Of a DNA stretch of 64,000 nucleotides, positions 11,963-21,723 are shown in pieces; the first letter of the stretch is position 1; each line of letters starts with the position of its first letter. Below the pieces are notes generated by a model. That model had not been told where the DNA came from. It worked only from the letters and a program-made list of their open reading frames with translations, and made no database searches. Both the position numbers and the translations under genes were made by a program. Origin of the DNA: Gemmatimonadota bacterium (GTDB taxonomy: Bacteria > Gemmatimonadota > Gemmatimonadetes > Palauibacterales > Palauibacteraceae); the NCBI GenBank assembly GCA_021295785.1, contig JAGWBR010000003.1:65236-129235 (forward strand). The letters run 5' to 3'.

Positions 11963-13684
11963 TTACAGGCTGGGAGGTTGGGCGGCCCCGGTGCCAGGAG
12001 AGTACTCGTCCAGGTACATGTTGATCTGACTGATCCGCGTGTTGAACCTGATCTGGACGATGATCCTCTTATCGTCGTCGCTCAGGTAGACCTCAGAGTC
12101 GTTGTCTTCGCCGAATGAGCTGCTGGACCTGATGATCGGGCGGACCACAATGGTCTGGAAGGTTCCCGCCTCAACCTGGACTCGCTCCCGCCGTAGCACC
12201 TCGACAATCACCGGGTTGTCTTCTTCGTCGAAATGGCGCTGGAGGTTATGGACCTGCCCCACTTCGAGCGGCAGGGTCCTGACCAGGTAAAGCAGCGATA
12301 TCTCGTCCAAGGCTCCTTCCATGACCGTGAACCGCGGCGGGTCCGCCACTTCCGCGTAGACACCGGTTTCCTCGTCCAGTTCGTAGATGATCCCCGTTTT
12401 GCTTTGGTGGTCAATGACCGTGCGCCGGTCCCGGCTGAAACCGGGCTCCCGTACCTTCTCTTCGAACAGGAGGGACCGGAACGGATCCGGGGCGAGCCAG
12501 CTGACCGTGCGCTGTTCGAGCCGGAACCCCAGAACCCTCCCGCTCAGTTCCATTGCCAGGCGCAGGGTCTCGGTTCCGCGAATGAGCTCGCTCGCCTCGA
12601 CGGCGAGGCTGGCCACTCCGATCCGGCCACGGGCCCGGCCCCAGCCGGCCGTCACGGTGTACTGCGCTGTCTCACCAACTCCAAACGGCAGGTCAAGAAG
12701 GAAACCGTCGGGGTCGCGCGGGGGCGTATGGCTCTCAACACCGGCCAAACCGTTTGTCGGAGCCTGGGCGGCGAGGGGCAGCGCCGTCGCTCCCGCCCCC
12801 AGGGCGGCAGCTGCGGCGGCGGCCGACACCATCGCGACACGGGCCGCCGTGCTTCGGGCCGTGCGCCACAACGAACCGTCGCGTGCGGCCGAGGCGAGGC
12901 ACCTCAGTTCGCGCCTGGCCGAAAAACGGCTCGGTCGCAGCCGTCCGTAATCGTGCAGGCGTTGGCCTTGAAGCCTGATTTCGTGCCTGCGGCGTACGAA
13001 GGGCGCTGTGCGGGCCAGCAGTTCGACGTTGGCCGCCCAACCCTTGTGGCGCATCAGAGGGCCGGTGTCGGCCGCCTCGATGACGCGCTCAAGCAGGGTG
13101 AGCCGGTACAACCGGAAAGAACTCCCCGGGTTGCGGTCGCTCAGTCGCCCCCGCGCCCGTGCCGTGCGCCGCAGAGCGGCGCGGACAAGGCGGCGGCGCA
13201 GCCTGCCCCGTTTCGGGCCGGGGATGCGGGCCCCGGGCGGTACGGTGACCAGGTCAACACCCCCCTCAAACCGGCGGACCATCTCGGAAATCAGGTCCGG
13301 CGAATCAGTCAGATCAGCCTGCATGGTCAGAAGCCCATCGCGGCGAGGGTAATCGGAGCGACTCACAGCCGAGCGGATCAGCTGCTCGAGCGCCGCCGCC
13401 CGGCCCGGCCGGGCCGGAGGTTGCACGATCTCAACGGGAACGAGTTTGCTGTACCGCCGCACAATGTCGGTGAGCCTGTTACGGTCTCCGTCTCCACAGA
13501 CCAGAACCGTGTAGGCCGCCCGGTCACGGGCCGCTACCTGCCGCAGCCGCCACAACAGGGGGCCGAGGGTCGCCTCGTCCAGCGTCGGTATTCCGACGTA
13601 TATCAAAAACCGCCCTCCGAACTTTCTTCCGAGTTGTCTTTCGAGCTTTCCGGGGGTGAACCCTTCCAGCGCCGGTGGAACCAA
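11963..13684 (-). CDS. Composite protein: degenerate GT2-like (DPM1-like) N-terminal domain + Arg-rich linker + signal-peptide-like hydrophobic segment + DUF3108 C-terminal domain
   Basis: N-terminal: YTVLVCGDGDRNRLTDIVRRY...PGRAAALEQLI...LLTMQADLTDSPDLISEMVRRFEGGVDLVTV aligns with GT2 signature blocks but with DxD/DAD replaced (GDGD, QAD). Middle: ARVAMVSAAAAAAALGAGATALPLAAQAP. C-terminal: YTVTAGWGRARGRIGVASLAVE...VIDHQSKTGIIYELDEETG...LVRTLPLEVGQV is DUF3108-like. The 5' 80 nt overlap lpxL, so the real start is probably near 13600. Confidence 0.55.
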   Translation of the reverse strand: MVPPALEGFTPGKLERQLGRKFGGRFLIYVGIPTLDEATLGPLLWRLRQVAARDRAAYTVLVCGDGDRNRLTDIVRRYSKLVPVEIVQPPARPGRAAALEQLIRSAVSRSDYPRRDGLLTMQADLTDSPDLISEMVRRFEGGVDLVTVPPGARIPGPKRGRLRRRLVRAALRRTARARGRLSDRNPGSSFRLYRLTLLERVIEAADTGPLMRHKGWAANVELLARTAPFVRRRHEIRLQGQRLHDYGRLRPSRFSARRELRCLASAARDGSLWRTARSTAARVAMVSAAAAAAALGAGATALPLAAQAPTNGLAGVESHTPPRDPDGFLLDLPFGVGETAQYTVTAGWGRARGRIGVASLAVEASELIRGTETLRLAMELSGRVLGFRLEQRTVSWLAPDPFRSLLFEEKVREPGFSRDRRTVIDHQSKTGIIYELDEETGVYAEVADPPRFTVMEGALDEISLLYLVRTLPLEVGQVHNLQRHFDEEDNPVIVEVLRRERVQVEAGTFQTIVVRPIIRSSSSFGEDNDSEVYLSDDDKRIIVQIRFNTRISQINMYLDEYSPGTGAAQPPSL

Positions 13685-14472
13685 AAATACTGCTCGGGCC
13701 GGCGGCGAATCTCACGCTCCAGCGCCGCCATCCAGCGAACGGTCAACTCCCGCGCCGATACACCGGCCGGTACCCCCGCCCCGGTCGGGCCTTTAGATCC
13801 GTCGTCCATGCGTTCGTAGACGAACCTGTACCCCTCCGAGTCTCGCGCGGCATCTCGCACGAGCGCGGCAAAATACAGCGGCACCCCGGCGGCGATGCTC
13901 AGCTTGGCGGGTCCCCGGGAGGCGCGGGCCGGGCGTCCCAGGAACTGCACCCACTCACCACCGGGAGCGTGCTGATCGGCCACGACCGCCGCCACACCGG
14001 TGCGGGCTGCCCGCAGAAGGACCCCGGCCTGCCCGGGTCCCCTGTGGGTTACGCGTATTCCCAGACCCCGGCGCATCCTCCCGAGCAGAGGCCCGGCCAG
14101 CCAGCCCTGTGGCTGTACCGCAGCCACCAATCCCGTCCCGGACTGCGCGGTGGCGGCGGCACCCAGCTCCCAGTTGCCCAGGTGACCCGTCACCACCACC
14201 GCCCCTCCGGTCCCTTCCCGGCGGCCGTAGTCCAGCGACCGTACGAACTCTTCGACCCCTGCGATCCGGGAGAGCGTTGCCTCCAAGGTGCCGGGAGAAC
14301 GCGACGCCCGCCACGAAACGGCCAGTTCCCGACTGAAATGCCGGTAACACTCCCGGGCAACTTCCGCGGCCCAATCGGAGGATCGTTCGGGGAAGCTCGC
14401 CGTGACCTGCGACTGTGCCACCCGCCGCCGCCAGCCCGCCAGACGTGCTGCCTCACCGACCCAGGCTACCAC
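13603..14472 (-). CDS. Lysophospholipid/lipid A late acyltransferase (LpxL/HtrB/MsbB family)
   Basis: GTG start. VVVTGHLGNWELGAAA has the HX4D/E acyltransferase motif. C-terminal ...RRPEQYFWFHRRWK matches the LpxL family. Adjacent to an msbA-like gene. Confidence 0.8.
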   Translation of the reverse strand: MVAWVGEAARLAGWRRRVAQSQVTASFPERSSDWAAEVARECYRHFSRELAVSWRASRSPGTLEATLSRIAGVEEFVRSLDYGRREGTGGAVVVTGHLGNWELGAAATAQSGTGLVAAVQPQGWLAGPLLGRMRRGLGIRVTHRGPGQAGVLLRAARTGVAAVVADQHAPGGEWVQFLGRPARASRGPAKLSIAAGVPLYFAALVRDAARDSEGYRFVYERMDDGSKGPTGAGVPAGVSARELTVRWMAALEREIRRRPEQYFWFHRRWKGSPPESSKDNSEESSEGGF

Positions 14473-14509
14473 GGGGCACCGCCGGCCGTCCTGATTCCGT
14501 GTTCCGTAG

Positions 14510-16350
14510 CTATACGGCCACCGCCGCCAACTGAGGCGAGAACAGTTGCCAGAACTCGCCCCTGGCGGCTAGCAGATCGGCGCAGGTGCCTGACTCGGCA
14601 ATGCGGCCCTCCGAAAGAACCCAGATCCGGTCCACCTCCCGCACCGCGGCCAACCGGTGAGCCACGATCACGACCGTCCCGACATGCGGGTCTTCGGCAA
14701 GCCGGTCCAGCACACGTTTCTCCGACTCGGCGTCCAGGGCGGAGGTGGCTTCGTCCAGAATCAGCAGCGCCGGCCTGCGGTACGCCGCCCGCGCCAACCC
14801 GATCCGCTGGCGTTCGCCTCCGGAAAGGCGGGTGCCCCGGTCGCCAACACGGGTCGCGTAACCGGCCGACAAGCGCCCGATGAAATCGGCCGCACCGGCC
14901 ACCGCCGCAGCTGCCCCGACACGGTCCGTGTCGGGCTCCGCGCCGTAGGCGATGTTCGCGCTGATGGTGTCGTTGAACAGGTGCGTCTCCTGCGTCAGGA
15001 GCGCGACGCGGTTCCGCAGCCGGGACGCCGGGACCACGGAAATGTCACGGCCGTCAACCAGGACCCGACCGCCGTCTGGTTCCCAAAACCGGCAGACGAT
15101 TCCCGCCAGGGCGCTCTTACCCCCGCCGGACGCGCCGACCAGAGCCGCGCTGCTGCCGGCCGGGACCGCCATCGACACGCCACGCAGAACCGGCTTGTCG
15201 CGAGTGTAGCCGAATTCCAGGCCCTCCACCCGCAGGTCGGCGGCATTGGTGCCCCGTGCCGCTCCGTGTGCCGCCACCGTGGCAGGGCCCGACGAGGTCG
15301 CCGGCTCGGGTGCCCGGTCCAGGACCGAGAAGAACCGCCGGGCCGCAGCCAGAGCCGGTGCAGCCGCGGTCCGGTACCCGACCAACGCCTTGAAAGGTGA
15401 AATAGCGCGCAGGGCAATCACGACAAACGCCATGAACTGCTCGGGGGCCAACCCGGTCCCCCCCGACGCCAGGTTGGCGCCGGCCTGCACCAGTATGAGG
15501 GCCACCGCCGAGCCGAGCACCTCCGACAGGGGCGACGCGAGCAGGGCCGCGGACTCGGCGGAAACCGTGCGCTGGCGAACCGATTCGGAGTGTCGCCTGA
15601 ACCTGGCGGTCTCCCATGCCTCGGCACCCCAGGCCTTGACCAGCCTGATCGCGCCGAGCGTCTCCTGGAGGAGCGCCGACATCCGGCCGTGTTCGCGGAA
15701 GACCCGGCCGAAGCGGCCGCGCAGGCCCCTCAGCAACGGGCGGAGGATGAAACGGCTGGCCGGGACCAACAACAAAGCCGCCAGCGCCAGCACCCAAGAC
15801 AGGGCGGCCAGCGCGGCCGCGTAGGCGATCAGAGTCGCGGCGTGGCGGACGGCAGCCGCAAGCAGATCGGTCGCCGCGCTCTTCGCCCTCTCCGTGTCGG
15901 CTAGTACCCTCGCGGCCAGATCGCCGGCGCGGTTTGCCTCCAACCACCCCAGCGGAAGCCGGTGCAGCCGGTCGTGAACCGCATCCCGCATGTCGCGCGC
16001 CGAACGCTCGCGCACCCGCGCGGCCAGAACGGAGCTTCCCCACAGGCAGGCGTTCTTCAGCGCGATAGCCGCAAACACCGCCAGGCAAACCGCGCCCAGA
16101 CCTTCCAGTCCTTCCGCGGACCCAAGCCACCGGCCGGTTACTTCGTCGAGCAGCCGCTCGGCCAGATTTCTGCCCCCGTCGGGCAGGAGGGGGCCCATGT
16201 CGAAAAGCGAACGCAGGAACGGGATTAACAGGAGAAGTCCGAAAGCATCCAGACCCCCTGCCAGAGATCCGAGAACCACCGCCCCCGCGAACGCGCCCCG
16301 GGACGGCTTCGAAAAATGCAGCAGGCGCCGGAGTCCCGGCGGGGCAATCA
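14510..16350 (-). CDS. ABC transporter permease/ATP-binding protein, MsbA-like (lipid A/lipid exporter)
   Basis: 6-TM N-terminal domain beginning around LRRLLHFSKPSRGAFAGAVVLG. NBD with Walker A GASGGGKS, signature LSGGERQRIGLARA, Walker B LLILDEATSALD. The start is not ATG and is approximate; the ORF frame extends to 16483, overlapping the upstream gene. Confidence 0.85.
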
Positions 16351-17922
16351 CCGGGGAGTCAGCAACGCCACCGGCAGCACCATTTCTTCGAGGCTCACGC
16401 CCCCGTGCAGGAAACTGTTCCTGTACCTCCGCCGGTATTCGTTGAGCTTGGTCGGATAGACAAAGAAATAGTCTTCCCGGCACAAAACGTAGCTCTGCCG
16501 CAGCCCCCCCGGCGGCAACCTCAGCTCGTCTGCGTCGCGGGCGGAATACACGTTGTCGGGGTTCTCGGCGCGAATGTCGTTCCCGATCTTGTACCTGAGC
16601 CCGCGCGAGGCGTCCGGCCCGGCAAACACTGTGGTCGGACGGTGGCAGTGGATGGAGCCGTGGTCGGTAGTCACCAGAGTACGCACTCCCAGCCGGGCCG
16701 CCAACCGCAGGGCATCCAGCGCCGGTGATCTCTCGAACCAGGCGGTGGTCAGTGACCTCAGGGCACTTGGGTCGCCGGCAATCTCCCAGAGCAGCCGCGA
16801 CTCCGCCCTGCCGTGGGTCAACAAATCCACAAAGCCAAACACCAGCGCGGTGGCCCCCGGGGTCGACAGTACTCCACCCAGATTGGCCAGGGCCGTCCCC
16901 GCCTCACGCCGGGTAAAGACCCTCTCGTAGTGGGTTTTCACGCGCCGGCCGGCCGCCCGCTCCACCGCGTTCTGGAACAACTCGGCCTCGGGTGAATTGT
17001 CGCCCACGGCCCACCAGTCGGGCTTGACTTCCGCCAACTCGTCGGCAAACAAGCCCGTGAATATTCCGTTGCGAGAAAAGGGAGTGGCAGTCGGCAACAC
17101 CGATGAATACAGCGACTCCTCGATCTCGAAAAAGTCCTCCAGGTGCGGCCGAATCGCCCGCCACTGGTCCAGCCTCATGCAGTCCATCACGATGATCAGA
17201 GTCGATTCGTCCTCCCGCACCAGCGGGCCGAAGAACCGGGGCATGATATCGACCGAGAGCGGCGGGCCGCGCGCCCCGCCCTCGTGCACCCACTGCCCGT
17301 ATCGCTGGGCGACCAGGTCGCAGTACCCGCGGCGTGCCTCGGTCAAAAGACTGTCAAGCGTCTCGGCCAGCCCCGCCTCCCGAGCGGCATCCAGCCTCAA
17401 CTGCCAGTCCACCAGCTGCGAGTAGAGGTTGGCGTAATCCCGCCAAGAGCTGGCCTCCGCCGCCGCTTCCGCCAGCCGGGGATAGAGTCGTGTGAAGTCA
17501 CGGGCCATGAACTCGTGGCGCAGCTCGGGACCCGCGAGCAGGCGGGTCACCACCGAGAGGACCTGACGCGGACTGGTCGGCTTGACGATGTAGTCTTCCG
17601 CCCGGCGCCCGATCGCCTCGCGAAGCGTCGAGTCCTCTTCGCTCTTGGTGACCATTACCACAGGCAGACGGGGAGCCTCGCGCCTCACGCGCTCCAGCAC
17701 CTCGATGCCGCGCAGGCCGGGCATTCGCTCGTCCAGGAGCATGAGGTCGTAGCTCCAGCGCGACAACAACTCGAGCGCGTCGGCACCGTTCATTACGGGG
17801 TCGACAACGTAACCGGCCCGGCGGAGTGTCATTAGATGAGGACGAAGCATGTCGACTTCGTCGTCGGCCCACAGAATCCGTCCGCGGCTCTGGCCGCCCG
17901 CCGGCTCTTCTGAATCTCTCAT
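16348..17922 (-). CDS. Response regulator with C-terminal PglZ (alkaline-phosphatase-superfamily) domain; PorX-like
   Basis: ATG 17922-17920 gives MRDSEEPAGGQSRGRILWADDEVDMLRPHLMTLRRAGYVVDPVMNGADALELL...LLDERMPGLRGIEVL, a CheY-like REC with phospho-acceptor DD...D. Followed by about 400 aa of PglZ-like domain (TLIIVMDCMRLDQW...TTDHGS). No adjacent histidine kinase. Confidence 0.85.
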   Translation of the reverse strand: MRDSEEPAGGQSRGRILWADDEVDMLRPHLMTLRRAGYVVDPVMNGADALELLSRWSYDLMLLDERMPGLRGIEVLERVRREAPRLPVVMVTKSEEDSTLREAIGRRAEDYIVKPTSPRQVLSVVTRLLAGPELRHEFMARDFTRLYPRLAEAAAEASSWRDYANLYSQLVDWQLRLDAAREAGLAETLDSLLTEARRGYCDLVAQRYGQWVHEGGARGPPLSVDIMPRFFGPLVREDESTLIIVMDCMRLDQWRAIRPHLEDFFEIEESLYSSVLPTATPFSRNGIFTGLFADELAEVKPDWWAVGDNSPEAELFQNAVERAAGRRVKTHYERVFTRREAGTALANLGGVLSTPGATALVFGFVDLLTHGRAESRLLWEIAGDPSALRSLTTAWFERSPALDALRLAARLGVRTLVTTDHGSIHCHRPTTVFAGPDASRGLRYKIGNDIRAENPDNVYSARDADELRLPPGGLRQSYVLCREDYFFVYPTKLNEYRRRYRNSFLHGGVSLEEMVLPVALLTPR

Positions 17923-18009
17923 CTGGTCAGCAGGTCTCGGTCCATTGAAATACGGCTCCTCAGCCCGCAAGGCATGACGCGCGCACCGGTCCAAACGTAA
18001 CTTCGCGGC

Positions 18010-19395
18010 GTGAAAACGATCACCCGGTACGTACTCCGCTTGCATGTGGCGCCGTTCTTTTTTTCGGTTTCGGCGCTCACACTGGTCTTCCTGATGGACC
18101 AGGTGGGCGAGAAACTCCCCGACCTGGCCGGCAAGGGCCTGCACTGGACCATCATCGTGAAGGTGTTTGGGCTTTCGCTTCCGTTCATCCTGGCGCAGAC
18201 CGTTCCCATGGGTGTGCTCATCGCCGCCCTTTACGTGTTCAGCCGACTCGAACTGGACCGGGAGATTACCGCGCTCAGGGCGGCGGGGGTCTCAATTGTG
18301 CGGACGGCGGGGCCGCTCTTGGTTGCCGCGGTGATGCTGACCGGGTTCATGGTTTGGTTTTCCGACCGCGTGCTGCCCGAGTCCAATCACGAGCTGACCA
18401 AACTGACGGTTGGGATCCAGAGGAAAAAGCCCCTTTTCTCCATGAGGGAAGGAACGCTCAACGGCGTATTGCCGCGAGTTTACTTGCAGGCGGCCCGGAT
18501 TGACCACGAAACCAACCAGATGTCCGAGGTTCGTCTCTACGACGAGCGGGGCGGTCAGCAGAGCCGGACGGTCTACGCGGACAGCGGCTCCACCACTCCC
18601 GGCAACAAGGGCACCGACCTTTTCCTTCACCTTGGGGACGGGGTGGTGCAGGAGAAACCGTGGCAGCGTTCGGACATGTTCCGGCAGATCCATTTTGACA
18701 ACATGATCATGAGGCTGCCCGATATCGCCAACGACCTGGAAGTTGACTCCGTCCAGGCGCGCGGCGAGCGCGAGATGTCGATTGCCGACATGAGGGTTGC
18801 CGCCGCCGAGGGGGACAAGCGGGCCGAACTGGCCAAGTCGGAAACCGGCGCGTTCACGCACCAGGTCACCCACCGGATCTTGGGGATTGCCGCCCCCGCG
18901 GAGTCCGGAGCGGAAGGGGTCGGGGGCGGAGCGGGCACCACCGAAGAGGCGCTGCAATTGGCCGCTGCCGATTCGACTTTCGCCGAGGCGCTGGGCACGG
19001 TGGTTCAGCGGGGCCGGGACCAGGGCGAGCGCGTGCACAGGACCGTGGAGGTAACCGAGACCTTCAGGCAGCTGACCGCCCGCGAACGCGCCGGCGTCAA
19101 CACCTCCCGGAGATACTGGGTTGAGATCCACAAGAAGGGTTCCATCCCGGCGGCCTGCATTGCATTCGTGCTGCTGGCCGTGCCAGTCGCCATTCGTTAT
19201 CCGAGGGGGGGAGTGGCTCTGGTGGCCGGGGTCAGCTTCACGATATTCGCGGCCTATTACCTGGCGCTCAGCGGCGGAGAGAAGCTGGCCGACCAAGACC
19301 TTGTGACGCCGCTGTGGGCGATGTGGCTGCCCAACGTCCTGTTTGGGGGAGTGGGCCTCTGGATTCTGATGCGCACCCGGACGGCGTTCCGGTGA
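18010..19395 (+). CDS. LptF/LptG-family (YjgP/YjgQ) LPS export permease
   Basis: GTG start. VKTITRYVLRLHVAPFFFSVSALTLVFL is the typical LptF/G N-terminus. Large periplasmic beta-jellyroll region. C-terminal TM helices (YWVEIHKKGSIPAACIAFVLLAVPVAI). Confidence 0.85.
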   Translation: MKTITRYVLRLHVAPFFFSVSALTLVFLMDQVGEKLPDLAGKGLHWTIIVKVFGLSLPFILAQTVPMGVLIAALYVFSRLELDREITALRAAGVSIVRTAGPLLVAAVMLTGFMVWFSDRVLPESNHELTKLTVGIQRKKPLFSMREGTLNGVLPRVYLQAARIDHETNQMSEVRLYDERGGQQSRTVYADSGSTTPGNKGTDLFLHLGDGVVQEKPWQRSDMFRQIHFDNMIMRLPDIANDLEVDSVQARGEREMSIADMRVAAAEGDKRAELAKSETGAFTHQVTHRILGIAAPAESGAEGVGGGAGTTEEALQLAAADSTFAEALGTVVQRGRDQGERVHRTVEVTETFRQLTARERAGVNTSRRYWVEIHKKGSIPAACIAFVLLAVPVAIRYPRGGVALVAGVSFTIFAAYYLALSGGEKLADQDLVTPLWAMWLPNVLFGGVGLWILMRTRTAFR

Positions 19396-19462
19396 GCCCG
19401 CGTGCCGCATTCCGATGAACGTCGCATCGTTCCGGCCGCGCCGGCCCCGGTGGCTGCGAATC

Positions 19463-20551
19463 ATGGATTTGTACGTGGCCGGGCAGTTCATGCAGGTGTT
19501 CATCGTGTGTATGCTGGGCGTTCCGTTCCTGTTCTGGGTCATCAACCTGGTGGACACGCTCGACGTGGGGCGTGCCGGCAACCGTCCGGGCTTCGGCGCG
19601 ATGGCCGTGCAGTACTTCTTCGAGGCGCCCTATCACAGCCTGGTCGCCTTCCCAATCGCCCTTCTGCTGTCTTCGGCGTTCACCGTGTCCAACTTCGCGA
19701 GGCGCATGGAACTGGTCGCCGTCAAGGCAGGCGGCACCTCGTTTTACCGGTTCTCGCTCCCCATTGTCATCTGCGCGGCCGGCCTCAGCGTAGGCGGGAT
19801 TGGGCTGGCCGAGGTGGCCGCGGCCGGCCAGCGCAAGGCTCGCGAGGTGTCGGGCGAGGGACCTTCTCTGACCGGGCGCCGCAGCACTTTCGTGTTCGCC
19901 GGCGACAACGAGACCATGTACAAAGTGCGTTCGCTCGACGCCAACCAGGGACGCATGACCGAGGTGCAGATCGAACGCGCGCCGAGGTCCGCGGGGGATC
20001 CCCGGATGAATGCGGCGGCCGCTCAGGCAATCTATCAACCTGGCTTGGGCCGGTGGCTGATGGAGGACGGCTGGATGCGCCTGATGCCGGCAGAGGGCCG
20101 TGAGACCGCGTTCCAGTTTGCGGAACTGCAAATGCGGAGTTTCGACGCCGACCCCGACGAGCTGCTAGCGACCGAAAACGACCAGCGGCAGGGCCGTATC
20201 GAAGACAAGGAGCTGCGGTACGGGGAGCTAGAGGAGGCGATCCGGGGTATCGAACGGTCGGGGGGAGAGCCGCTGTTGCTGAGGACCCTTCTGGCGCAGC
20301 GCATTGCCTACCCGTTCTCGGGACTCGTAATCACGCTGTTCGGGATTTCGCTTGCTCACACCACCAGGAGGGGCGGCACGCCGACTGCCCTGGCTGTCGC
20401 CCTGCTGACGACATTCCTCTACATCATCCTCATCGAGATAGGGGAAGCGGCAGGCGGCGGCGGACTTCTTTCCCCGGCGGCAGCGGCCTGGATTCCGAAC
20501 ATGGTCTTTCTGGTACTCGGGCTGGTGATGTTTTGGCGGGTCAGGACCTAG
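19463..20551 (+). CDS. LptF/LptG-family (YjgP/YjgQ) LPS export permease (second paralogue)
   Basis: ATG at 19463 gives MDLYVAGQFMQVFIVCMLGVPFLFWVINLVD. C-terminal YPFSGLVITLFGISLAH. Directly downstream of the first permease, the usual lptF-lptG arrangement. Confidence 0.85.
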   Translation: MDLYVAGQFMQVFIVCMLGVPFLFWVINLVDTLDVGRAGNRPGFGAMAVQYFFEAPYHSLVAFPIALLLSSAFTVSNFARRMELVAVKAGGTSFYRFSLPIVICAAGLSVGGIGLAEVAAAGQRKAREVSGEGPSLTGRRSTFVFAGDNETMYKVRSLDANQGRMTEVQIERAPRSAGDPRMNAAAAQAIYQPGLGRWLMEDGWMRLMPAEGRETAFQFAELQMRSFDADPDELLATENDQRQGRIEDKELRYGELEEAIRGIERSGGEPLLLRTLLAQRIAYPFSGLVITLFGISLAHTTRRGGTPTALAVALLTTFLYIILIEIGEAAGGGGLLSPAAAAWIPNMVFLVLGLVMFWRVRT

Positions 20552-21672
20552 CCTCCGACTCAGCCGTCGATCTGGCCGCACCGGCGCATAGCCCCAAACG
20601 GCAGAGCCCGGTCCCGGCCTGGGTGCCCGATCTGCCTGCCGCGCCCGGCGTCTACGAATTCATCGACGAGGCGGGGACAGCCCTCTACGTCGGCAAGAGC
20701 GTCAATCTGCGCCAGAGGGTGCGGAGCCACTTCTACGGCGGTGCCCGTGTTGGCGAACGCCTGGGCGAGATGCTGGCCCTCTCCCGAGGAGTCAGGTTCC
20801 AACCTGCCGGGACGGACCTGGAGGCCCAACTCACCGAGGCAGAGCGGATTATCCGGGAGCGGCCCCCGTACAACCGCGCCCTCAAACGCCGCGCGACCGG
20901 ATGGTACCTGCACGTCCGCTGGCGGGACCCGTTTCCCCGGTTCAGGCTGGCCGGGAGGGTCGGCCCCGCCGGATCCACGTCGTTCGGTCCGTTCGCCGGC
21001 AAACACCTCCCGGACCGCATCCGCCGCCTCTGCGAGAAACTGTTCAGATTGCGAAACTGCGCCGGTCAGATCACTCCTGCCCGGGGCCATACACCGTGCG
21101 TGCAGTTCGACCTGGGGCTGTGCACCGCTCCGTGCGCCGCCAGAGTGGGCGTCGCCCGGTACCGGAGCCAAGCGCGGAAGGCATCGCGGTTTTTGTCCGA
21201 ACGGGAATTTGGGTGGGAAATCCGCGATCGGCTCGAACGCGCCCGCGATGCGGCTGCCAGGGCGCTCGACTACGAACGAGCCGCGGCCATGCAGCTGCGC
21301 CTGAAATGGCTGACCGAACTGGAAGAACTTCGCTGGGCGCTGGACGCCGAGGTGCCCAACCGTTCGTGGCTGATTCTGTTGCCGGCGGCAGACGGTGCCG
21401 GATACGTGTTGCTGCCGGTGGCTGCCGGGAGGTTACTGCGGATGCGCCGGCCGTCAGGTCCCGTCGAGGCGCTCCGGACCGTGTTTGAAGATGCCTGCTA
21501 TGCCGTGGGTGTGGCCGAGTTGCGGGCGACGCGGCCCACCGGCCTGGAGGCCGTTACCTCGTCGATTGTGCGCCGGTGGCTTGAAGAGGGATGCCCGGGC
21601 GGAGAAGCCGTAGACATCGACACACAGCGACCCGGGCTGGCGGTGGAAACGGCGCTCGCCCTGACCGGCTGA
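20533..21672 (+). CDS. GIY-YIG nuclease-domain protein, UvrC-homologue (Cho-like)
   Basis: LPAAPGVYEFIDEAGTALYVGKSVNLRQRVRSHF is the GIY-YIG motif. Downstream Cys cluster (LRNCAGQITPARGHTPCVQFDLGLCTAPCAA) as in the UvrC N-terminal half. No C-terminal RNaseH/HhH domains. Start uncertain (TTG at 20533 overlapping the lptG stop, or an internal GTG). Confidence 0.65.
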   Translation: MAGQDLASDSAVDLAAPAHSPKRQSPVPAWVPDLPAAPGVYEFIDEAGTALYVGKSVNLRQRVRSHFYGGARVGERLGEMLALSRGVRFQPAGTDLEAQLTEAERIIRERPPYNRALKRRATGWYLHVRWRDPFPRFRLAGRVGPAGSTSFGPFAGKHLPDRIRRLCEKLFRLRNCAGQITPARGHTPCVQFDLGLCTAPCAARVGVARYRSQARKASRFLSEREFGWEIRDRLERARDAAARALDYERAAAMQLRLKWLTELEELRWALDAEVPNRSWLILLPAADGAGYVLLPVAAGRLLRMRRPSGPVEALRTVFEDACYAVGVAELRATRPTGLEAVTSSIVRRWLEEGCPGGEAVDIDTQRPGLAVETALALTG

Positions 21673-21723
21673 CGGCGAGCCAGCCGAACGGCCCCCTCCG
21701 GGCGCCGCGAGTTCCGGGGCCGG

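Noticed and set aside
12233-13819. 528-aa plus-strand ORF opposite the GT2-like/DUF3108 gene
   Set aside because: Arg/Pro/Gly-rich, no domain signatures, fully antisense to a gene with recognisable domains.
15117-16130. 337-aa minus-strand ORF and several 150-250-aa ORFs inside the msbA-like gene
   Set aside because: Alternative frames of a gene with clear ABC-transporter motifs. Composition-driven.
16348-17922. PglZ domain as part of a BREX/Pgl phage-defence system
   Set aside because: No pglX/brxC/brxA/brxL-like genes nearby. The PglZ domain is fused to a receiver domain (PorX-type architecture) and flanked by LPS genes, so a defence-island interpretation is not supported.
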